A stretch of DNA of 64,000 bases from Octopus sinensis (GCF_006345805.1 NC_043006.1:54622001-54686000); one strand, 5' to 3'; shown: positions 14,101-26,530, counted from the first letter of the stretch. Notes: generated by a model from the sequence alone, not told the origin. Translations and numbers: made by a program.

Positions 14101-15255
14101 GCCAACCACTTTACAGAGTGTACTGAGCAGCTTTTATGTGGCACCAGAACTAGTGCTTTTTACATGGCACCATCACTGTGCATATGTGTGTGTGTGTATG
14201 TTTGTCACCTTGTCTTGACCTTGTGTGATAGTTGTAAAATGGTTGTCACTGTAATACAAGCAGTGTCATTCAGTTCCACATTTCTGTGAGAGCATGTCTG
14301 GCTTTGAGAAAATATTACCTTGCTTGGCAACAGGAAGGTAGTATGATGATGAGTATCACCATTAAAACACCAGAAATATTGGCTATTACCCTTACAATGT
14401 GGAAGAAGTTGTCAACAAACAGCTATATACATATATATATGTATAGTTATTTGTGAGGGATTATCAATCCAGGCAAAATACTTCTTAAGCTCTCTGTTAG
14501 TACACCAAACTAAAAATATTGTTTAGATTAGTAAAGAAATCTAAGTATTCTTGTTGCATGGTCCGAGGTTATAGTTCATCACCATTCTATATTGCAAATC
14601 CATGATTGTGCTCCGGTTATACTGGATTTTAAACAGAGATATACAAGACAAGCTATAAATAATGGTCACAACATATTTTTTCTTCATTGGAGTAAATTTA
14701 GCTTACAGCTGTTTCCAGTAGTTATTACAGGTTCATTACTGATGAGCATAACCAGAAATGGCTCTGACAAAAGTAGCATTAATTTTTTAGGTTGTTCAGC
14801 TTTTCTCAACTGATCACTAGACTAGTTGAGTAAACCTATCAGTTGACCACTGAGACCCCCTTTGGTCATGACCATGGGACTGCACCTAGAAAGTTACCCT
14901 CCCAGGCACAAATCTGGGCAAGGTTGTTTATGGAAAACCAGCAGTTGCCCATGCATACCGGCCTCTCCTCTCCATGCCACCAGTGTTATCCAAGGGAAAG
15001 GCAAAGGTCAGTACAGCTTGGCACCAGTGACGTGAAATGAAGTGTCTTGCTCAAGAGCACAACACGCAGCCTGGTCCGGGATTCGAACTCACAACCTCAC
15101 GATCATAAGCTCAATGCTCTAACCACTAAGCCATGTGCCTTCACTTCAGTAGTGAACCTATAACTACTGAAAACAGCTGTAAACCAAATTTACTCCAATA
15201 AAGGAAAAATATATGACCATTATTTATACCTTTTCTCATATATATATATATTATA

Positions 15256-15291
<36 letters not shown>

Positions 15292-18200
15292 AACGATGAT
15301 AATGATATATATATACAATGGACTTTCAGTTTTTGTCACCCAAATCCACTTACAAGACTATGATCTGCATGGGGGCTATAATAGAAGACATTTGCCCAAA
15401 GTGCTATGCAGTGGGACTGAACCTGGAACCATGTGATTGCAAAGCAAAAGTCCTTACTACACAAGTCATAGATGTGCCACTATTTCATAAAACTGTTCCG
15501 AAATAGTTTTTATGTCTATGTATAACTTTGACTTAAATTCACTAAGTTTTCTATTAACTGTACCAATGTGGTGTAAAGACAATAAACAATATCAAAACAT
15601 GAGCAGATAACAGTGGGTATAAAAAATCAAAATGGAATATTTAACTTTAATAAGTTTAACCCTTCACTTTTTGCTTTACATTGAAGATAAATACACTTGG
15701 TAAGAAAACAAAAAAAAATCCTTCATGTAAATACAATTCAAAATATTAAGCTTTAGCTGGATTTGAACTTTCATAATATGCTTTACATTAAACCATAAAT
15801 AATTAGGATCTTCAGATGTTGGGCCTCACTGAGAAAATGACAAGGGACCAGATATTGTTGCGATTTGCTGTGCTCGAGATGTGGCAAGCTAAGTAAAATT
15901 GTGGTCTGTCATACATATAGGTTTGTTCTTTATAGGTGCCATTTAAATGTACTCATGCTGGTGCTGCATAAATGCATCCATGCTGGTGGCATGTAAAAAG
16001 CATCCGGCACACTCTGTAAGGTGGCTGCTCTTAGGAAGGACATCCAGACATAGAAACCATGCCACAACAGACAATTGGAGTCTGGACAACCCCTGGCTGG
16101 CCAGCTCAGTGTCAATCCATCCAACCCATGCCAGTATGGAAAGCAGACATTAAAAGGTGATGATGATAATGATAGAAAAGAAGAGAAAATAATTCTGGTA
16201 TTTCTGGAAAGAGTAGGAAGAGAATGTTGATGTGTCATGTGTGATCCAACACATGATATTAATGACAGGAAAAAGCTAACCCTCATTTTGGCTCAAGATT
16301 TAGAATGTCAACTCTGGTACATGTGTACTGAAATCAGCTTTAACCCTTTTGATGCCAGCCTGCCAGAGACTGGTTCTATGATACAATCTTCTGTTTTAAA
16401 GTGGTCTAAATTAATTTCTTTTTATCAAAACTTCATGTTAATTTGTTCTCTTTATTTACTAAATTCATTATTTTCAAAATTAACTGAAATGAAAGTAGAG
16501 TATTTCAATAAAAATCATCATTTAATGTCTGCTTTCCATGCTAGCATGGGTTGGACGATTTGACTGAGGACTTGCGAACCAGATGGCTGCACCAGGCTCC
16601 AATCTTTATCTGGCAGAATTTCTACAGCTGGATGCCCTTCCTAATGCCAACCACTCCGAGAGTGTAGTGGGTGCTTTTACGCTCAAATGGTGTTTTTTAC
16701 ATGCCACCTGCACAGGACTGAGTCCAGCTGCACTGGCAACAACCTCGCTCGAACGTTTTCTTCACGTGCCAGTAAGGCGATGCTGGTAACAATCAAGCTC
16801 AAATGGTGCTTTTTCCATGCCATCGGCACGGAAGCCAGACAGCTGCTCTGGCAGTGATCCCGCTCGGATGGAGCTGTTAGCGCTCCACTGGCATGGGTGC
16901 CAGTCATCAAATTTGGTTCAATATAGTAACAAATGGGTTAATGGCACTTCTTGTTTTGATAAATGGCCTGAATCACAGCCCTGGGAAGATTACCAATGGA
17001 GAGGAGATAGGCATAAAATGCAGAGCATATGCTGATCATAACTGCCTCAACTACTTCTTTTTAATGTTCCAGTCGGAGCTCAGAAAATGTAAAGAAATGT
17101 TTGTTCTAACTATATATTCTATCTTTTACTTGTTTCAGCCATTGGACTGTGTACTGCCTTGATGGGTTTCAGTTACAAATTGACCCCAGTACTTATTTTT
17201 TTAATGTCTGGTACTTAGTTTACTGGTTGCTTGCCAAACCTCTATGTTACATGGATGAAAACAAACCAACACCAGTTGTCAAGCAGTGGGAGTGGGGATC
17301 AGATGCAAACACATACACACGTGCATCATAATTGTGGCTGATGCTGGTGCTTTGTAACTGTCACCCATGCCAGAGGCATGTAAAAAGCACCTTGTACACT
17401 TTTGGAGTGCTTGGCGTTAGGAAGGGCATCCAGCTGTAGAAACCAAGAAACCATGCCAAATCAGATTGGAACCTCATACAGCTCCCCAGTTTACTGGTTT
17501 TCAGTCAAACCTATTTCTTTACTACCCACAAGGGGCTAAACACAGAGGGGACAAACAAGGACAGACAAACGGATTAAGTCGATTACATCAACCCCAGTGC
17601 GTAACTGGTACTTATTTAATCGACCCCGATAGGATGAAAGGCAAAGTCGACCTCGGCGGAATTTGAACTCAGAATGTAACGGCAGATGAAATACAGCTGA
17701 GCATTTCGCCCGGCGTGCTAACGATTCTGCCAGATCATCAAACCGTCCAACCCATGCCTGCATGGAAAACGGACGTTAAATGATGAGGATGATGATGACT
17801 GACTTCTCTCAATTTCCATATACCAAATCTTCTCACAAGGCTTTGGTCTGTCTCGAGCTATAGTAGAACTGCCCAAGGTGTTATATGTAGTGGAACTGAA
17901 CCTGTAAACATGTGGTTGGGAAGCAAACTTCTTACCACACAGCTATGCCTAGAAAAAGATTTTACTGGAGATCTTTTCTGCAGATATAAACCTGATTCAT
18001 GTTGGCAGATGCATAGCTTGAATTAAACCTAAATATGAAAAACAAAACAAAACAAACAAACCCCTCCACCAGTATCATTTGAACATATAACTCATAAGTA
18101 CACTGCACCGGCACAGCTGCTAACCCTCATCATATCCTCCGATTGTACAGAGTTGTCGTTTGATCATGTGACACTCTGTACTTAGTTTCAAATAACAAGT

Positions 18201-19616
18201 CAACATCATTGATTTCTTTAACTTCTGCCTCAAGTATTCAACCCTACTATATCACGATAATACTCATAATTTAGTAATTTAGCGACACCACCGCGTAGAA
18301 AGAGGGTACAGAATCGTGAAGAGAATTTGGAAAGCCACAGAGATTTAATTTAATGACAATCACGATTTAGTTTCCGTGGTTGGAGTAACGTTATATTTAC
18401 ATTATTCTATTATTAAGTAAACGTATCCAGTCCTCTATCTATCTATCTATCAAGTTCTTGTTATTGTATCGTCGAGTCAAACCGAAAGAATGCCCAATCA
18501 ATCTATGTACCAGATCGATGAGATTATTGTTCGGCTAATTGTTGTTGCAGGTAATTCGCATGCTTGCATGTGGTCGGAACTGTTTAAAGTGATGACCAAT
18601 TCGAAGTCAATTTCAGGTGTTGTTTAGATTGACGTTGAATAATTACAATACCTGGTTACAATATCTGTCTCAAGTTTTTAGCTTTAACGGTGTGGACTAG
18701 CGTATTTTTAATAAACACGAACAATTTAGCGGATATTTTCATTAACGATTTCTTTCAAAACCGAAAATTCTAATACCATAGGTCATTTAAAAAAAGATTT
18801 TTGTTAAATGTCACCGATTACGTGATTTTAAAAAAAAATAGAATAGTCCCAATATGGAATAAACTTCCAGAACATCTGTTACTGACAATTTAACTAAATT
18901 TTCTGAAAGGTAGGTCTCTCTACCAAGCTGTTGGATATGCTTTTCCTTTTGATGTTTTAATGTATATACACATATTGCAATCATAATGGTCACATTAAAA
19001 ACAATGTAAATTTTTAGTTTCAGTTTTTTGTATCATTTATATGTGAAATGGTTTTGTTATTTGTTTGGAATTTTCTTTCTTGTAATTTTTTTTATCAATT
19101 ATGTAACATAGTTTTAAACGTAAATATTAAAATAAAATTCATTCAAAATAAATAAACTATAAAAAAATAAGTGTGTGTACATGTGTGTATGTACTTTCCA
19201 TATGATGAACTTTCCCTAAACAGAGAGAAAGTGAGACGGGGAGGGAGAGAGAGAGAGAGAATGTGTGTGTGTGTGAAGGAGAGAAAGAGGAGGAAGAAAA
19301 ATCAGTCGGACAGAAATAAAGTAAAGCAAGAGGATGGTGAGTAAAAGAGAGGGGGAGAAAAATCATCGCCTCATACCAATACGGTCATGTTTACAATATA
19401 ACGAAGAAAAAAAAAACTACAATAATAAAAGGAAAGTAAATAAATAGATAGAGGTGAGTCGGAGTAATGTCAACATTGGTTTTTTCATAGATTTTAAAGC
19501 AAAAAAGTTAATGAAATAAGATAAATTATTCTTACTGATATGATGTGTGGACAAGCCATACAATCAGGCTTTAAAATTGCCAATGTCAGTTGAAGTTTGT
19601 TGGCAACCACGTGCAT
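530..19616 (-). CDS. NME6: Nucleoside diphosphate kinase 6, partial (3' end is outside the window). Coding exons 19536-19616, 4182-4284, 3313-3352, 530-613
   Basis: The four GT-AG exons join in frame (phases 0, 1, 2): MHVVANKLQLTLAILKPDCMACPHIIS|EIRRIMLENEFWLVRTKMVKLSREQAEEFYSVHQ|EKFFYNRLVTFMCS|GPIGVHVLAREDAINTWRKLLGPTKVL. This matches the NME6 family (LQLTLALIKPD; FFYQRLVEFMASGP; WRTLMGPT). The 103-nt and 40-nt exons equal the human exon sizes as I recall them. Confidence 0.96.
2270..3130 (-). mobile_element. Highly decayed CR1/L2-type LINE RT C-terminal relic
   Basis: Broken frames resemble CR1/L2 post-RT motifs (KAQVRPKLEYCSHIW-like); many stops. Confidence 0.4.
3313..3352 (-). CDS. NME6: NME6 coding exon (40 nt)
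   Basis: Acceptor tttcatttcag, donor GTGAGT; encodes KFFYNRLVTFMC. Confidence 0.95.
4182..4284 (-). CDS. NME6: NME6 coding exon (103 nt)
   Basis: Acceptor tttgcag, donor GTCAGT; encodes EIRRIMLENEFWLVRTKMVKLSREQAEEFYSVHQ. Confidence 0.95.
4960..5564 (+). repeat. Tandem dimer (~315-bp period), each unit with a degenerate type I hammerhead motif; Penelope pLTR or retrozyme-like
   Basis: The units align along their length at roughly 70% identity by eye. CTGA..GA-stem II-GAAAC-stem III motifs sit at 5096-5142 and 5411-5457. Confidence 0.6.
5565..6650 (-). mobile_element. Degenerate mariner transposon (DD34D)
   Basis: TIR-like end tgttgggtcatccc. Fragments include VSLYEFNKGNNAIESARNI, WWGMKGLFHFELLKPNQRIT and DNAQPH...HPPYSLDIAQFDYHLF (34-residue D-D spacing), with frameshifts and stops. 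Confidence 0.9.
7000..7970 (+). mobile_element. Possible Penelope-like relic with a tandem ~265-bp direct repeat
   Basis: Direct repeats at about 7545-7715 and 7810-7970 share GCAACATTATGGA..TAATGAAG..CTGAAAA..TGCA. A weak GIY-YIG C-terminal-like remnant lies near 7210-7270. Confidence 0.35.
8270..8660 (+). mobile_element. RTE LINE AP-endonuclease N-terminal fragment
   Basis: LVTINAGTMKGRSSEIVEM...VDVCCVQ...YKYFFW. Confidence 0.8.
11181..13023 (-). mobile_element. Tc1 transposon (DD34E) with ~230-bp IR/DR-type TIRs and TA TSD, interrupted by a SINE
   Basis: TIRs ca(g/a)tatctcacagaag...gtacacccc at both ends. The transposase runs from MAPKGKELSEDLKK (starts ~12640) to FQHDNDPKH...SPDLNPIE (34 spacing). 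The first catalytic D is mutated (FSNETK). Confidence 0.96.
12209..12422 (-). mobile_element. tRNA-derived SINE (OK-type, Nin/Deu-like core) inserted in the Tc1 transposase
   Basis: Head GGCGGCGAGTTGGCAGAAACG, core CTTTGCCTTTCATCCTTTCGAGGTCGATAAA. Flanked by a 14-bp TSD with 2 mismatches (ATGTGGCGAACATC at 12195-12208, ATGTGGCGGATATC at 12423-12436). Confidence 0.9.
13264..13642. mobile_element. Foldback/MITE-like element with ~90-bp TIRs and an inner 17-bp inverted repeat
   Basis: Arms start ccaaaatt..tgatcagtgccaag..gtgagatt..agca.ttcagaatttggctg. The inner repeat TATTTTACTTCATAAAT is at 13420-13436 and 13458-13474. Confidence 0.75.
14654..15228. mobile_element. MITE with ~85-bp TIRs carrying an internal SINE
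   Basis: Arms tataaataatggtca..ttggagtaaattt..tacagctgttt.cagtagtta at 14654-14742 and 15146-15228. Confidence 0.75.
14830..15144 (-). mobile_element. tRNA-derived SINE (second family)
   Basis: A box GGCTTAGTGGTTAGAGC, B box GAGTTCGAATCCC, then GTGCTCTTGAGCAAGACACTT. Other copies at about 27180-27300 and 55195-55450. Confidence 0.8.
16519..16910 (-). mobile_element. Non-autonomous element with RTE-type 3' tail ending in (ATG)n
   Basis: catcatttaatgtctgctttccatgctagcatgggttggacg...ctggatgcccttcctaatgccaaccac. Many copies in the window (e.g. 1520-1700, 24525-24700, 25850-26230, 45990-46385, 49150-49440, 51121-51722). Confidence 0.8.
17340..17790 (+). mobile_element. RTE-tail element interrupted by an OK-type SINE (about 17512-17735, minus strand)
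   Basis: The host sequence resumes after the SINE, with TCAAACC duplicated on both sides. Confidence 0.8.
19536..19616 (-). CDS. NME6: NME6 first coding exon (81 nt)
   Basis: ATG at 19616-19614, LQLTLAILKPD motif, donor GTAAGA at 19535. An upstream acceptor (ttgtcacttcag) near 19687 suggests a further 5' exon. Confidence 0.93.
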
Positions 19617-22600
19617 TTTGGTAGCACGTTGGAGCCACCATACAAACGATGAAATAACCCGAAGACTTGGAGAGTTCCTCTTTTTCTGAAGTGACAATAA
19701 TATTTATAATTAGCTCCCTTGGAAGTCAAACCCGAAACATTTGGAGTCAAATTATAAATAAAACGAAGTTACGAATTGGTAAATACTGTTTGTTCCTTTT
19801 ACAGCTAGCTGTAAAAGACGACGTCTGCTTATCTCCAGGTCTGTTTTAACTATGCCACGAGTTTGGGTGTTGATTGTAGTGAGATACTGCCACAGAGGAA
19901 TAAATACAAGATCTTCACAGCAGACGATTACTGAACTGAACGTGAGAAGACCTTGGAATATCACGCACAAGAAAGAGATAAATAATAAAAATTCTTTCAA
20001 CACCTAAAAAAAAAACAATAATAAACCAACACTTATTTTCTGTTTGTTGGCCTCAAATGCATTCACCTATCAAGACAAAGATAGATGCATATTTTCTTTT
20101 GTTTTCACTCAAAAACATCACTTCTCTTCACCTCACTATCGTCTTACTTTTCTCCTTGTTCTCTCCTTTCCCAACTTTTACATTAACTAGTAGCATGCTT
20201 TTGTTTAAACAAAGCTAAGACGTGATCTCCCATATTATGAATAGTTAATGGCAGCTGGTAAAGAGTAAACAAATTTCTTATCCTTGACATCTCTAATCAT
20301 CGTCGCTGTGTAGATAAAATACTTTAATTGAATAGCTCATGGATGGATACTGAGTTCGATTCCTGTCTCACACGATATGCCGTTACTTCAAATAATTATT
20401 GTCCCTTTATTTGCCTAAGTCAACAAGACTAGTTGTATTAGGAGGCTGTCATCAAATGTAATTGAGGGATAGATGAGGCATTACATTTCTGAGTTTGAAC
20501 GCCAGTACAAAGAACTTGACGTACAAGAGGTTAATGTATCTATAGTTATTGTTCAGGTAAATGGTCTCAATAGAGGTATATGCATATAGTTTAATTATTC
20601 TATCTAAGAACGATTGATAATAACAGAGTCGATAACCAATATTTTTCTTTTACTTAGTATGTAAGTTTTAGACGTAAGTATGACTGTTATTAAGTTTGTT
20701 TCCCAACCACATGGTTCAGGGTGCTGTCCCACAACTTTGCGAGTTGGACAAGTTTCTTCGACTACTGTTCGGGTCAACCGAAGCCTTATGAGTGATTTGA
20801 AAGACGGAAACTGAAAGAAGCCTGTCGTTTCTGCGTATGTTTATCTCTTTATGCGAATTTGTAAGCGAGCGTCGCAATCATACAAGCGTAGTTGTTCAAA
20901 CATGACCAGCCCTGAGGAAGAATGCCTTTACTGGAAACAGTTGTGGGTTAGCAACAGGAAGGTCATCTGGCCAAAGAAAATCTGCCTCATCAAAATTCAT
21001 CTGATGCAAGAATGTAAAAGGGGACATTAAAACGATGATGACAACATATTTGTTAGTGTCTATTTTACTATGGAATATATTATGCATCGGCTTCAAATTT
21101 CATTTATGCCATTTCTAAACCCACAGTTTTTCCATCACACCATTCCTACCTCAAACATTGCACAGAATGAAGTTGTTTCCTTGTTCCTGAGGATTCACTT
21201 CTACTATGATTATACTCATTCCTTTGGTAAAATGGCTTGAAGCTCAATTTCCCAAGTCCATGCTACTTATTTTGTACCTATTACATATAATATTCCTGTA
21301 TATCAAACTGCTCACCACTCCATTTATTTCTTTTGTCTTCCACTTCTTACTAGTTTATATTTCAATGAAAGGGGTTTTTCAGTAGCTCTTGTTTATCTCC
21401 ACAGCATCAATGCCTTTACCTTATTTCCGATATACTCTTCAAAGGCAGATGCATAAATCAGGTCAAGTTGATTACTTCTTCCATAGAGTGCAGCAGTATC
21501 AAATGATCTCAAAAGACCAAACTGTTTCAAATGCTGACTATAATGCTGCAACCACATAAATCAATAAATATCACACCATCTTACAAAAAATCCATAAAGG
21601 AAACACTACACCTTAAACTTTCCTAGCAGTTTTCCCTAATGAATGATGACATTCAGTTACTGATCTGCCCAGGTTCATTATTGGTTATTTTCTTACCAAG
21701 GAGGATAAAAATATAACACCAGCTATTTAGAAGCTAATTTATGCCTTTCTTCCACGAATGTCTTGGCTTTCAATTTTATTCTTGACCATGCAAATAAATG
21801 GCCATTTGAAGAGTTTGCATACTGTGCTTCTAGCTTCACCGTCACAGTAATATCTGAGCTTCTTGTTCTTTTGCCATAAATATTTCTACCAAACTAAACC
21901 AAAGTTCTCTTAGCAACTTCCTTGATTCCATAGCTTAATTTCTTGTTATAATTTCTTTCTTTTGGTGTTGTGAGAAGGGGAAATGTTACCATACTTGGAA
22001 ACAGGTGAGAGTTGCAACAAGGACATCGGGCTATAGAAAATCTGCTTCAACAAATTCTATCTGATTCATGCAAGCATGGAAAAGTGGATATTAAAATTTT
22101 GATGATGAGATGGTGAAATCTTCACTCTCTTTAGTAATTTTCATAAAAATTTAACATAGAAGATATTAGCCTCGACAAATATCTGGAAAGAGATACAAAC
22201 TGAACAGATTGAAATATGGAAGTATGGATAATAGACTACTGTGCAAAATTAAATCATATTTATTTTGGCCTTTAGACTGTGTCAGTGCTGGGGCACTGTT
22301 TTGAAGGATTTAGTGAACAAGTTGATCCCATTACTTATTTTAAAACCTGGTACTTATGTTGTTGATCACTTTGGCCAAACTGCTAAGTTATAAAGACATA
22401 GACCCCATCAAGCACTGATGGGGTCCAACACACACACATACCAGATGGGCTTCTTTCCAGTTTCTGTCTACAAATTCCACTCACAACCCTTTGGTCATCC
22501 CAGGATTACAGTAGAAGGCTATAGTAGTATGGACTGAACTCAAGACCACATGGTTGGGAAGCTTACTTTCCAACCACAAAACCAATTTTTTAAAAAACTT

Positions 22601-22685
22601 TTGTAAAACATGGAGATGACAGGGCATTTATACATCATTCTATGAAAGGAGCAACTGAGCTACAAAAGATCAAAATCCACTGCTA

Positions 22686-23880
22686 TCTGAGGGTGGGCTG
22701 AATATTTAATAGGCTGACTATGAAGGCATAATGCTAGACCTGTGAAATCTTGCATGCCTTAATTTCACCTCTTATTAATAATTGCATTGTTTTTTTCTAG
22801 GTAAACTAACATCTGACTGTTTAAAGACGATTTCAAAAGTAATTAGTAGCAACTTCTCTTGAAAATAGCACAACATTGTTGTGTTACCAAGTACCTGCAG
22901 ATAAAGTGATTAGCCCTCAAAAACATTCATGCTGATATGGTTACAGCATTAGGTGATGATACTCCATATTTATCAACAAGTACAAAAGTTGACAGCTGAA
23001 TTTAGGAAGAGAAGGGAGAGTCTTGAAGATAACCCAAGGTTTGGCCATCCTACAACTGTCATTATCAAGGAAAACATTGTTCATGTTCATCACATGGTGA
23101 TGGATGACATGCGATTGACTATAAATCAAATAACTAATGCTATTAGTTTATCCTGTGAGTGTTGAAAATATTCTGCACAATGATCTTGTCATGACAAAGG
23201 TTTCTGCTTAGTAGGTATCACATCTCTCGTCTGATTAAAAGTACACCAGACTAATAACATCACAGGAAAATCCGACATTATTTGAGGCAGATCCTGTTTA
23301 TTTCCTAACTCAGGATGAATGTTGGTTTCATCACTTGGTGCCAGAGGCAAAAAGACAATCCCTGAAGTGGAAACACCGCTTCTCATCTGCTCCAAAGAAG
23401 GCTAAGGTTTCATCTGCAGGGAAGGTGATAGCCTGTTTTTTGGGGATGCAAAATGCATTTTATTTATTGACTGTCTTGAAAAAGGCCACACTATCAATGG
23501 AGAGTGCTACACCAACTTGCTGAGGCAGTTATGAAAGGCTATCAAGATTAAACACCCAGGAAAACTCATGAAAGGGGTTTTGTTTCATCAGGACAATGCT
23601 CCAGCATGCAAGTCCTTGGTTTCAATGGCTGCTGTTTATGATTGTGCCTTTGAACTGGTTGATCACCCTTCCTATTCTTATTTGGCTCCATCTGACTATC
23701 ATCTGTTCCCCAACATGAAAAACATTTGGTTGGGAACCAATATCACAGTGAAGATGATGTCATATCTACTGTTGATGACTTTTTTGACCAACAGGATTAA
23801 AGTTTCTTCACCAATGGGATCCAAGCCCTGAAACACTGATGGAAGATGTGTGGACTGCAAAGGGGACTATTTTGAAAAAT
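22686..23880 (+). mobile_element. Degenerate mariner transposon (DD34D-type), 3' end truncated by SINEs
   Basis: TIR-like gagggtgggctgaa. Fragments IHADMVTALGDD, ESLEDNPRFGHP, QDECWFHH, FHQDNAPACKS...HPSYSYLAPSDYHLFPNMK. Confidence 0.9.
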
Positions 23881-26314
23881 ATATCTCCAAAAAGATGAAA
23901 ATCAAAGTTGACTTCAGCATGATGTGAACTCAGAATGTATAAAACTAAAAGAAATGACACAGAACATTTTGCCCAGCATGTTGGCAGTTCTGCCAGCTCA
24001 CCTCCTTTATTAATTCTTTATACTATAGAGATAAAGCCTGAAATTTATGGGGGGAGGCTAGTCAATTACATTAATCCTAGTGCTCAACTAGTACATTTTT
24101 TATCAACCCTGAAAAGAAGAAAGGCAAAGTCACCCTCAATAGAATTTGAATGCAGAATGTAAAGATGGACGAAATACTGTTTAGCATTTTATCCAGCATG
24201 GTAACAATTCTGCCAGCTTGCTGCCTTATTCACAGTACTTAAAAACAAATGGCATTACAATAGTTGTTTGTACTCATTTCACTCCATCCAGCCATCAACA
24301 AATTGGTTGTTCTTTCATTATTATGTTTTTATCCAGCCTGCTTGTTTGAGTGTTTGCTCTAATATACCAGAATTTAGTTACAGCCAGGAATAACATCAGG
24401 TAACTGAAAAATGCTTTTGAGGAATTTGCTTTCTCAGCATGTTATTTTGCTGTGTGAGCTATGGTTTATATGAAAAAATGTTTATGCAAATGTACAGTTA
24501 TATTTTCTTTATATGTCATCATCATCATTTAACATCTGCTTTCCATGCCGGCATGGGTTAGATGGTTTGACTGGAACTGGTAAGCCAGAGAGCTGCACCA
24601 GGTTCCAGTTTGATTTGGCATAGTTTCTATGGCTTGATGCTCCTCTTAATGCCAACCACTCCAAGAGTGTAATGGGTGCTTTTTATGCACCACCAGCACA
24701 GGTGCCATTTACATATCAGCAACAGCCATGACTATGATTGGGTGCCATTATTACAACAGAGTAATTGATGATAGACTCCCAAACAGGTCAATCATTAGTA
24801 CATTGCATTCTTTATCTCTGAAACTCAGTGCAGAACAAATGTTGCATAGTACTTTGACGAGAATCAGGTTTTCAATGTTCTCATTGATACATCATGGACT
24901 TCTGCAATTCCCATCTATCAAAGTTCATTCACAAAGAATTGGTCAACCTGAGGCTATGATAAGAAGACATTTGTCCATAGTGTGTAACATTGGGATTGAA
25001 TCCAGAACCACATTTTGCAAAGTGGACTCCTTAACCACACAGCTATGTCTGCATGGATTTGCAACAGAATTTCTTTTAGATATTTGTACAAAATATCCAG
25101 CAAAGCATAGTTTTTTTTGCTTTTATCTGCTGGCATTTTGATGAATATTTCTTGATTATGTAAAAGAATGAACAGCCAAAGTAGTTTGTGCTTTCCTAAT
25201 GGCCACATAAATGACTCAATATCTCTGAAAAATCTGTCATTCTCTATTCAGTCTTCGATCACCACTAACTTTATATAGTGGAGATTGACTATCATTTCGT
25301 TTATCTGTACTCCAATTGTTACTTTTCTATTCTGCATGAGTAATATAGACTTACAAACTCCAAAATTTGTCAAAGTATATTTTTAATAGGTAAAATATTT
25401 ATCTTAAATCATCCTCATCTATAGATTTGCAGTGAGCTCCATATAGTAAGCGGTCATCTCAGTGATCTAATTCCAATTCCCAGTTTGAGCCATTTCATTT
25501 CACTTGACATGAAAATACTTCTCCATAAATTTAAGGCTTTTTTCTAAAAGAAAACTCAGCAAGTTGACTGTCATCAATATCTATCAATACCCAAAATTTA
25601 TTTCAAAGTCAAACAACTACTAAGTTATGAGGATATAAACAAACCAACACCAGTTGTTAAGCAGTGGGTGTGAGGGAACATACACATATATTTCGTCATC
25701 CTAATTAAATGCCTGTTTTCCATGCAGGCAAGCTGCACCAGGTTCTAGTCTGATTTGGTTTGGTTTCTACAGCGAGATGCTCTTCCTAATGCCAACCATT
25801 TTAGAGTGTGCTGGATACTGTTGATGTGGTACCGGCACATATGTATCATTATCATTTAACGTCCGCTTTCCATGCTAGCATGGGTTGGACGATTTGACTG
25901 AGGTCTGGCGAACCAGATGGCTGCACCAGACTCCAATCTGATCTGGCAGAGTTTCTACAACTGGATACCCTTCCTAATGTCAACCATTCCGAGAGTATAG
26001 TAGGTGCTTTTACGTGCCACAGGCACAAGGGCCAGTCAGGCGGTACTGGCAATGACCTTGCTTGAATGGTTTTTCATGCGCCACCAGCACAAGTGCCAGT
26101 AAGGTAACGCAGGTAACGATCACGCTCGAATGGTGCTTTTTACGTGTCACAGCACAGAGGCCAGCTTGTTGCTCTGGCAATGATCACGCTCGCATGGTAC
26201 TCTTAGTGCTTCACTAGCACGGATGCCAGTCATCGAATTTGATTTCATATATATATATACATACACATCAACAAAAGAGTGTTCCAGCCTGTACAAGTTA
26301 CTTGGTTAGATTAA

Positions 26315-26530
26315 CCCTTTAGCCTTTAAACCAGCCATATCTAACTCAAATGTTCTACTTGTTTTATGTTCAAACTGGCCAGATTTGGCTTATCACATCT
26401 ATCCTACAATGTCATTCTAAAAAATAAACAATCACATCAAAATCTTGAAGGTACAAGATAATGCATGATTAATTCAAAACTGTGAATAAATAAGCATTAC
26501 ATTTGACAAAGTAATCCGAATGCTAATGGG
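26315..26530. mobile_element. piggyBac-like MITE
   Basis: TTAA-CCCTTTAGC ... GCTAATGGG-TTAA termini, 216 bp. Related ends (TTAACCCTTT / AAAGGGTTAA) at about 16340 and 59790. Confidence 0.75.

Noticed and set aside
20470-20556. Plus-strand candidate exon MRHYISEFERQYKELDVQEVNVSIVIVQ
   Set aside because: No recognisable family and no compatible partner exons.
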